Positions 1-7,720 of a stretch of DNA of 38,460 bases are shown piece by piece (within the stretch, counting starts at the first letter, position 1; the number at the start of each line of letters is the position of its first letter). The DNA is from a virus. The position numbers and the translations under genes are program-made. The notes beneath the pieces are model-generated. The model did no database searches, was not told the DNA's origin, and saw only the letters and a program-made list of their open reading frames with translations. The stretch lies in IMG/VR virus record IMGVR_UViG_3300024432_000008; one strand, given 5' to 3'.

Positions 1-78
1 GCACCTGCACCTGCACCTGCACCTGCACCTGCACCTGCACCTGCACCTGCACCTGCACCTGCACCTGCACCTGCACCT
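1..78 (+). repeat. (GCACCT)x13 perfect hexanucleotide tandem repeat, coding (Ala-Pro)n
   Basis: 13 uninterrupted GCACCT units from base 1. The same repeat fills 38371..38460. Confidence 0.95.
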
Positions 79-207
79 GCTTTTACTATGACAGAATTGG
101 CTAATGGTTTAACTCGTGAGCAATATCATAAAGCTGGGTGGACTGATGAAATGCTCATAAATGTCAAATACATGAATGCTCCAAAGCATGAAGGCATCTT
201 AAGTTAA
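1..207 (+). CDS. 3' end of an ORF open at the window start: (AP)n linker plus a C-terminal tail. Probably continues 37639..38460 on a circular or permuted genome.
   Basis: Frame 1 is open from base 1 to TAA at 205..207 and reads APAP...AFTMTELANGLTREQYHKAGWTDEMLINVKYMNAPKHEGILS*. The ORF at the window end stops inside the same repeat with no stop codon. Confidence 0.55.
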   Translation, partial: APAPAPAPAPAPAPAPAPAPAPAPAPAFTMTELANGLTREQYHKAGWTDEMLINVKYMNAPKHEGILS

Positions 208-242
208 TTTAAGGTCGAATCATCATCACAAGGATTTGTAAA

Positions 243-2204
243 ATGGCTGACATTATTTATGATATAGAATGCTATCCAAATATTTGGACTTTAATGGCGT
301 CTCCTTGTGATGATGACAACATGCATTATCTATTTGAAATCTCACCACGGGCAAATGATATTCATCGACTATTTGAATTTATAAGGTGGTGCAAATTCAA
401 CATGCATAGAATGGTTGGGTTTAATAATGTCGGTTATGATTATCCATTACTGCATTGGATGTTAAATGTTGATCCTAACAGATTTTCTCAATCTCAATTG
501 AACGAAATTATTTATGATAAATCAAACAGTATAATAACTACGCCATGGGAGAATCGTTTTTCAAATGTGATCTATGCTAACAAACAAATTGTTCCGCAAG
601 TAGATTTATTTAAAATTCATCATTTTGATAATACAAATAGACGAACCAGTTTGAAGCTATTAGAAATAAATATGCGACTTAGGTCTGTTCAAGATTTACC
701 ATTTCCACCAGGAACAGTATTAGACTTAGAACAAATGCAAGTTCTCGTTAATTACAATAAACATGATATTTATGCGACAAAAATGTTTTATTATAAATCT
801 TTAGATAAGATAAATTTTAGAGATGGGCTAACGAAAAAATATAATCGAGATTTTACCAATCATAATGATACTAAGATTGGTAAAGATTTTTTAGTAATGG
901 AGTTAGAAAAACGTCTTGGTCCAAATTGTTGTTATACCAAACCTGCGTTTAAACCTCGAAAAACAAACCAAACAATCTACGATAAACTTAAATTAGGTGA
1001 ATTAATCTTTCCAATAATTAAATTCAGAACAAAACAATTTAATGAAATTCTGGATTTCTTTAAAAGAACGGAGACAGCCGAAACTAAAGGCGCATTCGAA
1101 AAACTTTCATGTACTTTTCCCAGTGGTTTAGAATGTGTATTTGGTATGGGAGGAATCCATGCATTTAATAAACCAATGCATGCACAAAGTTGCAAAGAAT
1201 ATGCAATCATTGATCTAGATGCCAAGAGTTATTACCCTAGCTTAGGAATTGTAAATCGTTTATTTCCTGCGCATCTTTCTGAAGTTTTTTGTGATATTAT
1301 GTCAGAATTAAAAATCCAACGAGAACAATATGAGAAAGGAACATCTGAAAATAAAATGCTTAAATTAAGTTTAACCGGTTCATGGGGTTCGACTAACGAC
1401 TCGTGGAGTCCATTTTACGATAAAAAATACGCAATGCAGATCACTATCAATGGTCAGTTGCTTCTTTGTATGTTGGCCGAAATGATCATGTTGATACCTG
1501 ATACAATGATACTACAAATGAATACTGATGGTTTAACCGTCAAAATACCGAGAACACTTGAACCCATGTTAAAAGGGTATAAAAAAGAGTGGGAAAAGCT
1601 CACAGGTTTAATTTTGGAATCGCAATATTATAGTGATATGTATTTAAAGAATGTCAATGGTTATTTAGCTGTAGATGTTTTGGGCAATATTAAAAGGAAG
1701 AAGGATTATAACTATATTCGTGATTGGCATCAGAATCATTCAAAACTAGTCGTGCCTAAAGCTGCTGAAGCGCATTTAATAAGAGGTGTTGACATTGAGA
1801 CATTTTTATTAAATCATAAAGATGATTTTGATTTTTGTTTAAGTATAAGAATGACAAAACCTTGGATACTTAGATGGGGAGATATTCAAGTACAAGGAAC
1901 AAGTCGTTATTATATTTCAAAAACAGGTAAATCACTTGTCAGAACCGGTCCAGAATTATCGCGAATAACCAGAAAAAAACAAGAAATTTTAAAGAGTGAG
2001 ATTGAACAAGGTAGGAATGGGGAAGGATTATTTAAATTGACAAAATCAGGTGATCCCCAACCATTAACACCAGTTCCAAGAAAAATAAGATCGAATGTTA
2101 ACTGGAAGACAACAATTTGTAATGACGGTGTAATCGATAGATCGAATATTGATTATGATTTCTATATTGCAGAAGTTAGAAAATTAACTGACGGTGTAAA
2201 ATAA
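243..2204 (+). CDS. DNA polymerase with N-terminal 3'-5' exonuclease, family-B-like motif order
   Basis: Exo I YDIECYPN, Exo II GFNNVGYDYPLL, Exo III YNKHDIYAT. Motif A-like DLDAKSYYPS, motif B-like KLSLTGSWG, motif C-like QMNTDGLTV. Confidence 0.75.
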   Translation: MADIIYDIECYPNIWTLMASPCDDDNMHYLFEISPRANDIHRLFEFIRWCKFNMHRMVGFNNVGYDYPLLHWMLNVDPNRFSQSQLNEIIYDKSNSIITTPWENRFSNVIYANKQIVPQVDLFKIHHFDNTNRRTSLKLLEINMRLRSVQDLPFPPGTVLDLEQMQVLVNYNKHDIYATKMFYYKSLDKINFRDGLTKKYNRDFTNHNDTKIGKDFLVMELEKRLGPNCCYTKPAFKPRKTNQTIYDKLKLGELIFPIIKFRTKQFNEILDFFKRTETAETKGAFEKLSCTFPSGLECVFGMGGIHAFNKPMHAQSCKEYAIIDLDAKSYYPSLGIVNRLFPAHLSEVFCDIMSELKIQREQYEKGTSENKMLKLSLTGSWGSTNDSWSPFYDKKYAMQITINGQLLLCMLAEMIMLIPDTMILQMNTDGLTVKIPRTLEPMLKGYKKEWEKLTGLILESQYYSDMYLKNVNGYLAVDVLGNIKRKKDYNYIRDWHQNHSKLVVPKAAEAHLIRGVDIETFLLNHKDDFDFCLSIRMTKPWILRWGDIQVQGTSRYYISKTGKSLVRTGPELSRITRKKQEILKSEIEQGRNGEGLFKLTKSGDPQPLTPVPRKIRSNVNWKTTICNDGVIDRSNIDYDFYIAEVRKLTDGVK

Positions 2205-2569
2205 TGCCGTTAACATGTGGTTGTGATATGGATTCACCAGAACCAGGGCAAATATATTTTGATGATGGCCCTTCAGATTTTTCAGTCCTCAATACAATAC
2301 GAAGTCGAAAATGTTGTAATTGTGACATCAAGATCAAACCCGGTGTTATTGTAACAGAACATGTGCGGTATAAGGTGCCAAAATCCGATGTGGAAATTGC
2401 TATTTATGGTGAAGATGGTGAAATAGCCTGTGCATCTAAATTTTTATGTGAAAATTGTTCAGATATGTATTTTAATCTCAAAGATCGTGGGTATGATTGC
2501 ATCGGGCCTTGGGAAGTAACCGAATGCCTTAATGACTATATTGATATAACATATACAAGGAGAGGGTAA
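2204..2569 (+). CDS. Cys-rich hypothetical protein (possible zinc-binding)
   Basis: 121-aa ORF whose ATG overlaps the polymerase stop (ATAATG). Multiple CxC/CxxC pairs (CGC, CCNC, CENC). Confidence 0.55.
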   Translation: MPLTCGCDMDSPEPGQIYFDDGPSDFSVLNTIRSRKCCNCDIKIKPGVIVTEHVRYKVPKSDVEIAIYGEDGEIACASKFLCENCSDMYFNLKDRGYDCIGPWEVTECLNDYIDITYTRRG

Positions 2570-2575
2570 TATAAA

Positions 2576-2665
2576 ATGAATATAGACGAATTGAGTCAAA
2601 TACTTAGTCATGATGCGCAGATTAAATATGGTGTAGATCTAGGAAAATATGTAAGATTGAAATGA
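2576..2665 (+). CDS. possible 29-aa small ORF
   Basis: ATG at 2576 preceded by GGAGAGGG (2559..2567). Reads MNIDELSQILSHDAQIKYGVDLGKYVRLK*. Below the ORF-track cutoff. Confidence 0.3.
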   Translation: MNIDELSQILSHDAQIKYGVDLGKYVRLK

Positions 2666-2755
2666 TATGTTTAAATATTTGTATATGGGTGTATATTTTA
2701 TGTTTCATGTGTATTTATTTGTGTGGTTAATATTAAAACTTATCTAGGGGTGTTT

Positions 2756-2986
2756 ATGAGTAAAAAATTTGAAACGATATTCCATACTGATGATTCAGTA
2801 GGTTCTTCCATATCTCTTGTTGAGTTGGAAGGTGATACAAAGTTTTGGGCATGGGCAGTTTATTTAAATCGTCTTGATTTGTGTATAAAAGGTAAGAAAA
2901 CAGAGTATTATTTTAAAACTCGTGAAAATGCCATGAATTTTTTTAAGGAGGTGAAGCACAAGGCTCTTCTTTCCAATGTAAAATAG
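2756..2986 (+). CDS. hypothetical protein
   Basis: Track ORF 2723..2986. The internal ATG at 2756 (MSKKFETIF...) is preceded by AGGGG. Confidence 0.5.
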   Translation: MSKKFETIFHTDDSVGSSISLVELEGDTKFWAWAVYLNRLDLCIKGKKTEYYFKTRENAMNFFKEVKHKALLSNVK

Positions 2987-3041
2987 AAGCAAAGAGTGGA
3001 GTTAGGTGTACTACAGATTAAATTATCTAAGGGTTAAAATT

Positions 3042-3332
3042 ATGCAAACATATCTTCAAGTTCATAAGACATGTCAACAAAATTTAGTTGGATGTGGAAT
3101 AGATGTTTATGTTGCGACAATGTCAAATCCAGATGAACTTTATTTTGGTAAGTATAAAGATAGGAGTTTGGAAACTTTTAAAGGTAGAAAAGGATATTGG
3201 ATTGTATGGGATGATGGGGAAATGAATGCAGCTAGGTTGGTAATAGATGAGAATGGGAAACCTGCTGGTTTCATTCCTAGAATGTTTTCTGATGGATCCG
3301 TTTATGGATATATTAAAAATGAGGGTATATAA
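3042..3332 (+). CDS. hypothetical protein
   Basis: Track ORF 3006..3332. ATG at 3042 (MQTYLQV...) is preceded by AAGGG. Confidence 0.5.
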   Translation: MQTYLQVHKTCQQNLVGCGIDVYVATMSNPDELYFGKYKDRSLETFKGRKGYWIVWDDGEMNAARLVIDENGKPAGFIPRMFSDGSVYGYIKNEGI

Positions 3333-3333
3333 T

Positions 3334-3552
3334 ATGAATGAGAGATTCGGAATGATAACGTTAAAAGATTCCCCTGCACAAGATAGGGGAGGTTGTGATC
3401 AATGTAGATGGGCAGGTGATATTAGTAGTTGCCAAATAAAACGAGAAGGTAGTTTGGAAGAAGGTTATTATGATGTGTATTTATGTCCTGTATGCTTAGA
3501 TACTTCCCTTACTGATTATTGGTATTCCAATGAAGAGATTTTGTTTTGGTAA
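3334..3552 (+). CDS. small zinc-ribbon-like protein, paralog A
   Basis: ATG at 3334 lies 8 nt after GAGGG. Contains CDQCRW...SC...YLCPVCL...DYWYSNEE. Paralogous to 3574..3837. Confidence 0.6.
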   Translation: MNERFGMITLKDSPAQDRGGCDQCRWAGDISSCQIKREGSLEEGYYDVYLCPVCLDTSLTDYWYSNEEILFW

Positions 3553-3573
3553 ATTCAAGGGTATTGGACTGTA

Positions 3574-3837
3574 TTGCAAGATGGGAAAATAAGTTCCACT
3601 AAATTAGTAATAAATGAAATGGGGTTTGTAATAGGAATGATAGAATTAAAATACTTACCTGGATTTGATAAAGGTGATTGTGATCAATGTGGATGGGTAG
3701 GGGAACTTAATAGTTGTCGAATGGAACAAGAAGGTGATTTTGAAAAAGATTCTCATAATTTTTATAATGTGTATAAATGTCCATCATGTTTAGCGGCTCT
3801 TAGTAATTATTGGTATTCTAATAAAGAGGATATATGA
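3574..3837 (+). CDS. small zinc-ribbon-like protein, paralog B (start may be ATG 3619)
   Basis: Contains CDQCGW...SC...YKCPSCL...NYWYSNKED. Alignment with paralog A favours the MGFVIGMIELKY start at 3619. Confidence 0.6.
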   Translation: MQDGKISSTKLVINEMGFVIGMIELKYLPGFDKGDCDQCGWVGELNSCRMEQEGDFEKDSHNFYNVYKCPSCLAALSNYWYSNKEDI

Positions 3838-3838
3838 T

Positions 3839-4234
3839 ATGAACATCAAGAATCTTGAAAAACAAGCTATAGTTATTAATGAGAATATAGGTATAATTAA
3901 AAAATTCCTATTAAGTGAATTATATTTGATAGAAAAAATAATAATAATGATAGCTGTAGCAATGATAATAATGATACTAGGTTTTGTCTCAGAAAATCAA
4001 GAATCATTTGTAATATTGTTGTCATTATCATTATTCAGTTCATTATATTATTTTTCGTTGAAAGCAAGTCACCGGAAATGTGCTAATACTATTCGAAAAT
4101 GTGACAGTTTACTATACGACATCATGATATATATAACTGTTGAATTGCATAATAATGAAGTTGAAATATTGTCAGAGGAAAGATTAGTTGAATTTCAAGA
4201 TCGGGTAGATGAATTGCAATGGGGTGTTAAATAA
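3839..4234 (+). CDS. membrane protein, two predicted TM segments
   Basis: Hydrophobic runs IIIMIAVAMIIMILGFV and FVILLSLSLFSSLYYFSL. Start overlaps the upstream stop (TGATATG). Confidence 0.55.
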   Translation: MNIKNLEKQAIVINENIGIIKKFLLSELYLIEKIIIMIAVAMIIMILGFVSENQESFVILLSLSLFSSLYYFSLKASHRKCANTIRKCDSLLYDIMIYITVELHNNEVEILSEERLVEFQDRVDELQWGVK

Positions 4235-4494
4235 TGGATATTCAAACATTTAAAAACAAAGTTAAAGACATTAGTAAGGATATAAACGCAAATCGACAAT
4301 TAATGTTAATTAGAGTGCATCAACAAGTTAAAATACTTGAAAAGCAGGAATCTTTGTTAAGTGATCTTGATAATTTCGCGACAATTTTATTGATTTTCGA
4401 AAGTGAAGATGTATCAATACTGGAAAAACAATTGCTAAATCTCCAAGCACGTGCTGACAATATACATGACTTAGTAATAAAGGATAATGAATAA
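4234..4494 (+). CDS. hypothetical protein
   Basis: 86-aa ORF. Start and stop overlap on both sides (ATAATG junctions), suggesting translational coupling. Confidence 0.5.
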   Translation: MDIQTFKNKVKDISKDINANRQLMLIRVHQQVKILEKQESLLSDLDNFATILLIFESEDVSILEKQLLNLQARADNIHDLVIKDNE

Positions 4495-4832
4495 TGAACA
4501 TTAAGACTGGGGATGAGATATTTTTAACGGAATGGGTATACATAGGTTTTTCTCAAAGGTTGTCTTGGAAAAAAGCAGTTGTAACTAGAATAACGAAAAC
4601 ATTAATTTTTGTTGAGGATATTAAATTTCGAAAATGTAGTCTGGGAGTAGATTTATTTGAAATAAATGATGAGACTTTGTGCAGAGCAACAGAAGATAAC
4701 AGCCTTTTAAGGCGTAAAGAACTCCAAATTAAATTTAGTGTTTATAAATGGCAACATATCGAGTTAGAAACACTTGAAGACATTAACAATATTTTACTAT
4801 TGGCAGAAATCACAACAAGGAACAATAAATGA
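4494..4832 (+). CDS. hypothetical protein
   Basis: 112-aa ORF, coupled to its neighbours by overlapping stop and start codons. Confidence 0.5.
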   Translation: MNIKTGDEIFLTEWVYIGFSQRLSWKKAVVTRITKTLIFVEDIKFRKCSLGVDLFEINDETLCRATEDNSLLRRKELQIKFSVYKWQHIELETLEDINNILLLAEITTRNNK

Positions 4833-5293
4833 ATCATCAAGATGATGGGTCCAAAATTGTTCAAGAGCACAAATTCAATTTCATTTGTCGCATTGAGTTG
4901 GAACTTAGGTCTGATGGTTCGATCCTTAAAGAAGAACCATGTGGAGGAAATACACAGGTTATGCATAGATATGGTAAAGGGCCATTTTCAAGATTCAAAA
5001 TTCCTACTGATATTCGTGATGAAGGCGTGCATATATTAATGAGCAATAACACCATCAAATATATAGGCGGAAGTACAAATTTTGCACGGAGTTATAACTC
5101 TGGATTTGGGAGAATAGCTATTAGATCAGCCCCGTTCATAGGTGGTAACGAAACGTATTGCCGAATCAATACATTAACATTAAATCAGATAGAATCGGGT
5201 TCAATTGTTGAGTTATGGTTTAAAAAAACCGCACAGTATCACAGGGTGAAATCTCGATTAATTCACAGGCTAAATCCTGGATGGAATCGTTAA
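4829..5293 (+). CDS. GIY-YIG-like nuclease domain protein (tentative)
   Basis: GVHILMSNNTIKYIGGSTNFARS resembles the GIY-(~10 aa)-YIG-...-R motif. The C-terminal LIHRLNPGWN resembles the LI..l.P.WN ending of the family. Confidence 0.4.
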   Translation: MNHQDDGSKIVQEHKFNFICRIELELRSDGSILKEEPCGGNTQVMHRYGKGPFSRFKIPTDIRDEGVHILMSNNTIKYIGGSTNFARSYNSGFGRIAIRSAPFIGGNETYCRINTLTLNQIESGSIVELWFKKTAQYHRVKSRLIHRLNPGWNR

Positions 5294-6690
5294 GTATGTG
5301 CAATCCCCCATACTGTAAACCTTCCAGATGTTATATTGCCGCTACTGAATAATACTTGAACTCTATCTAGTGTAATCGCAGCCAATCTTATTCCTCGAAA
5401 AGGTCCACCATGGTAAGCGGCACTAGCATTTTTATGGATAAAATCCCCTGTTATGGTTGGACCTTCTGAATCTGAGGGGATTATATCCCCTGTACCACCT
5501 ATTCCGTCAGCTGTAGTTACATTTAATGCAATTCCTATGTTTGAGGTGCCTGCATTTACCGAAGCTGCATATGCAGCTGAGGCTACTGTTACATTTGTGC
5601 TATGGTATGCGTAATCGGTGGCCCCACTGTCAATTCCTCCAGCATCGCCAACTCTCATCTGAAATGAAACATTATTTGATGAGGGTATCATTTTGACCCA
5701 TGCAAAAGCAAACCTATCGTATATAGTAGTATCAAGACCTGTTATTGTAAGTGAAGGGCTAGCAGAAGCTACCTTTGAATCTATTACTACCCATGAACCT
5801 TTAGCGCCATCAGCTTTGTTGATCGTACCAACGACAACATTTGCAGCAACTGATTGAAAATCGATAATGTCACCGGGAGCAGTAGTAAAATTGCTACCCC
5901 CATTATTCAAAGTTATACCCGCTCCTACTGTGATAGCTAATACACCGTCAAATTGAAGTTGAAAACGTCTATTTGTAGCAACGGTTATAGTTGCAAAACC
6001 CGTCGTTCCGGTCACATTGAAATAGTCACCATCAATACCTAAGATTAGAGGTGACGCTGAGGCCAGATCCCCACCTTTTGTTGAACCCACATAATTGTCG
6101 TTAGGATCGAGGAAGCCACCAAGCTGTGGTGATGTGTCATCGACAAGATTAATGGCCACAGGGGTGCCATTTGCCCTAGTGATGGCAACAATTCGAACAG
6201 TATTCGCAGCTGTAGAAAAACATTGGAATTGATCACCCGGACTGGTTGTGAAATTTGCACCACCTGGAATCACAATTGATGCACCATGGGTAACAACTAG
6301 TGCCCCATCGAATTGCAAAATGAAAAACCTATTTGCAGCAACTGTCATAACTGCAAACCCAGTCGTACCAGTCACATCAAAATAGTCACCATCAATACCT
6401 AAGACAAGAGGTGACGCTGAGGCCAGATCCCCACCTTTGTCCATACCGATAAAATTATCATTAGGATCCAGAAATCCTCCGAGTTGGGGTGATGTATCAT
6501 CAACAACGGCAGTTAGAGTACCGGGTGGTCCTTGCGGTCCTACATCACCTTTCAGTGTATTTCCACCTGTGGTAGATCCATCACCAACAAAAGCCTCATC
6601 TAAATCTTCATCATAAATATGTTCACCTTCTATCGGTGTATATCCAGTACGTTCTGCTGTAGTCACTAAAGGAATTGTATATAGTGCCAT
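5290..6690 (-). CDS. tail fibre protein with a short collagen-like stretch and a tandemly duplicated ~120-aa domain
   Basis: ATG at 6690 lies 10 nt after GGAGG. Fibre-type N-terminus ALYTIPLVTTAERTGYTPIEGEHIYDEDLDEAFVGDGSTTGG, then GPQGPPG. Two copies of VDDTSPQLGGFLDPNDN...GGDLASASPL.LGIDGDYF.VTGTTGF. Confidence 0.75.
   Translation of the reverse strand: MALYTIPLVTTAERTGYTPIEGEHIYDEDLDEAFVGDGSTTGGNTLKGDVGPQGPPGTLTAVVDDTSPQLGGFLDPNDNFIGMDKGGDLASASPLVLGIDGDYFDVTGTTGFAVMTVAANRFFILQFDGALVVTHGASIVIPGGANFTTSPGDQFQCFSTAANTVRIVAITRANGTPVAINLVDDTSPQLGGFLDPNDNYVGSTKGGDLASASPLILGIDGDYFNVTGTTGFATITVATNRRFQLQFDGVLAITVGAGITLNNGGSNFTTAPGDIIDFQSVAANVVVGTINKADGAKGSWVVIDSKVASASPSLTITGLDTTIYDRFAFAWVKMIPSSNNVSFQMRVGDAGGIDSGATDYAYHSTNVTVASAAYAASVNAGTSNIGIALNVTTADGIGGTGDIIPSDSEGPTITGDFIHKNASAAYHGGPFRGIRLAAITLDRVQVLFSSGNITSGRFTVWGIAHT
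5796..6506 (-). repeat. 360-bp (120-aa) tandem domain duplication inside the tail fibre gene
   Basis: AAATAGTCACCATCAATACCTAAGA occurs at 6020..6044 and 6380..6404. GAGGTGACGCTGAGGCCAGATCCCCACCTTT occurs at 6048..6078 and 6408..6438. The flanks are diverged. Confidence 0.85.
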
Positions 6691-6691
6691 G

Positions 6692-7459
6692 TTAAAATCT
6701 CCTCCCACCAATAAAAGATGCTGTTCCAGTAAAACGTCTACCTAAATTCATAACGGTTCCAGATCCTGCGGAACCAACTAATCCTGTCACTGCAGTACGA
6801 TCTAAACCAGTTTGTATAGCGTCTGCTGAAGCTTCAGCAGCACTTATTGCCGCTTCAGCTGCGCTAGCTTCAGCATCAGCGGCAAATGATTCTGATACTG
6901 TGACATTCTTACTTGTGATAATAACGACGTTATCCGAGATCCCAGAAGGGGGAGGTGTCGTGAATGTTACAGTATCGACAAGTAAAGACCATAAACTGGG
7001 AGAGTTGTATACGCCATCTACAAAAATTTGCAGGTTGTCGTCTCCAGATGGTATTTCAGAAAGTGTAAAGTTTGTTTCGATACCATCACCAGCAAATGTA
7101 TCAACTATGCTATCTGCTGTTGCTACAGCTAAGGGTTGCCAATTTGCAGTAGTAAAGCTACTCCCAGTTGTAAATGGTACTGGGACTTTTGCAACATAAA
7201 AATCTCCAGTTCCTGCCGGGAACCTATAAACCTGTATATTGCTAGTTACACTAGTGATGGCAGTCCAATCAATAGCTGGGATTTGAAAACCAAGTTTTGA
7301 TAATTGTCCTTGGACTGTGTTTATTGTGCTACCAAGACGTGTTGTGGCTTCATCGATAGGAGCACCAGAGACTTCTCCTTCAATTCGACTGTTTGCAATT
7401 TCAGCAAGAGTAATTGCATCAGTTTGAGCATTGTCAAGATCTTGAACCGTAAGAGCCAT
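6692..7459 (-). CDS. tail fibre / tail-tip associated structural protein
   Basis: 255 aa, lying between the J-like protein and the distal fibre. Ala-rich C-terminal stretch AADAEASAAEAAISAAEASADA. Confidence 0.5.
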   Translation of the reverse strand: MALTVQDLDNAQTDAITLAEIANSRIEGEVSGAPIDEATTRLGSTINTVQGQLSKLGFQIPAIDWTAITSVTSNIQVYRFPAGTGDFYVAKVPVPFTTGSSFTTANWQPLAVATADSIVDTFAGDGIETNFTLSEIPSGDDNLQIFVDGVYNSPSLWSLLVDTVTFTTPPPSGISDNVVIITSKNVTVSESFAADAEASAAEAAISAAEASADAIQTGLDRTAVTGLVGSAGSGTVMNLGRRFTGTASFIGGRRF

Positions 7460-7468
7460 TATTTAACC

Positions 7469-7627
7469 CTAGTTTGTTGGATTTTGTGGTGGTGTACCGA
7501 TGTTTTCTTTTTTAGACTCATTCCAGAAATATACTGAAAACATAGATATGAGAGCTACAATGTTACAAGGTATACCCATTATCATCAATGTTATCATTAG
7601 TAGCACAAAGATGGACTTGTTCAACAT
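7469..7627 (-). CDS. possible 52-aa membrane protein (not in ORF track)
   Basis: Minus-strand ATG at 7627 to TAG at 7469. Reads MLNKSIFVLLMITLMIMGIPCNIVALISMFSVYFWNESKKENIGTPPQNPTN. It fills the otherwise empty 7460..7720 gap in the operon direction. The Shine-Dalgarno sequence is weak. Confidence 0.3.
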   Translation of the reverse strand: MLNKSIFVLLMITLMIMGIPCNIVALISMFSVYFWNESKKENIGTPPQNPTN

Positions 7628-7720
7628 AACTACTCTTAAAAATATTTATAAATCAAAAAGAAAATATAAGCTAGATGAGCTAATGAAATCAAAAAGATCC
7701 CTGACAAAGTTTTATTAGAA

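Noticed and set aside
1-78. Direct terminal repeats of a linear phage genome (physical DTR)
   Set aside because: The shared end sequence is a simple in-frame coding hexamer repeat that joins two halves of one ORF. This is more simply explained by a circular or permuted assembly broken inside a repeat. It cannot be fully excluded without read data.
5796-6506. Diversity-generating retroelement (template/variable repeat pair) in the tail fibre
   Set aside because: No reverse transcriptase gene is present anywhere in the window. The two copies are adjacent, in-frame protein modules rather than a coding VR plus a non-coding TR. Their differences are not restricted to adenine positions.
7500-7718. 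72-aa plus-strand ORF in the gap between the J-like and fibre genes
   Set aside because: It is oriented against the entire late arm, is AT-rich and low-complexity, and has no RBS. A minus-strand 52-aa membrane ORF (7469..7627) fits the operon better, though it is itself low confidence.
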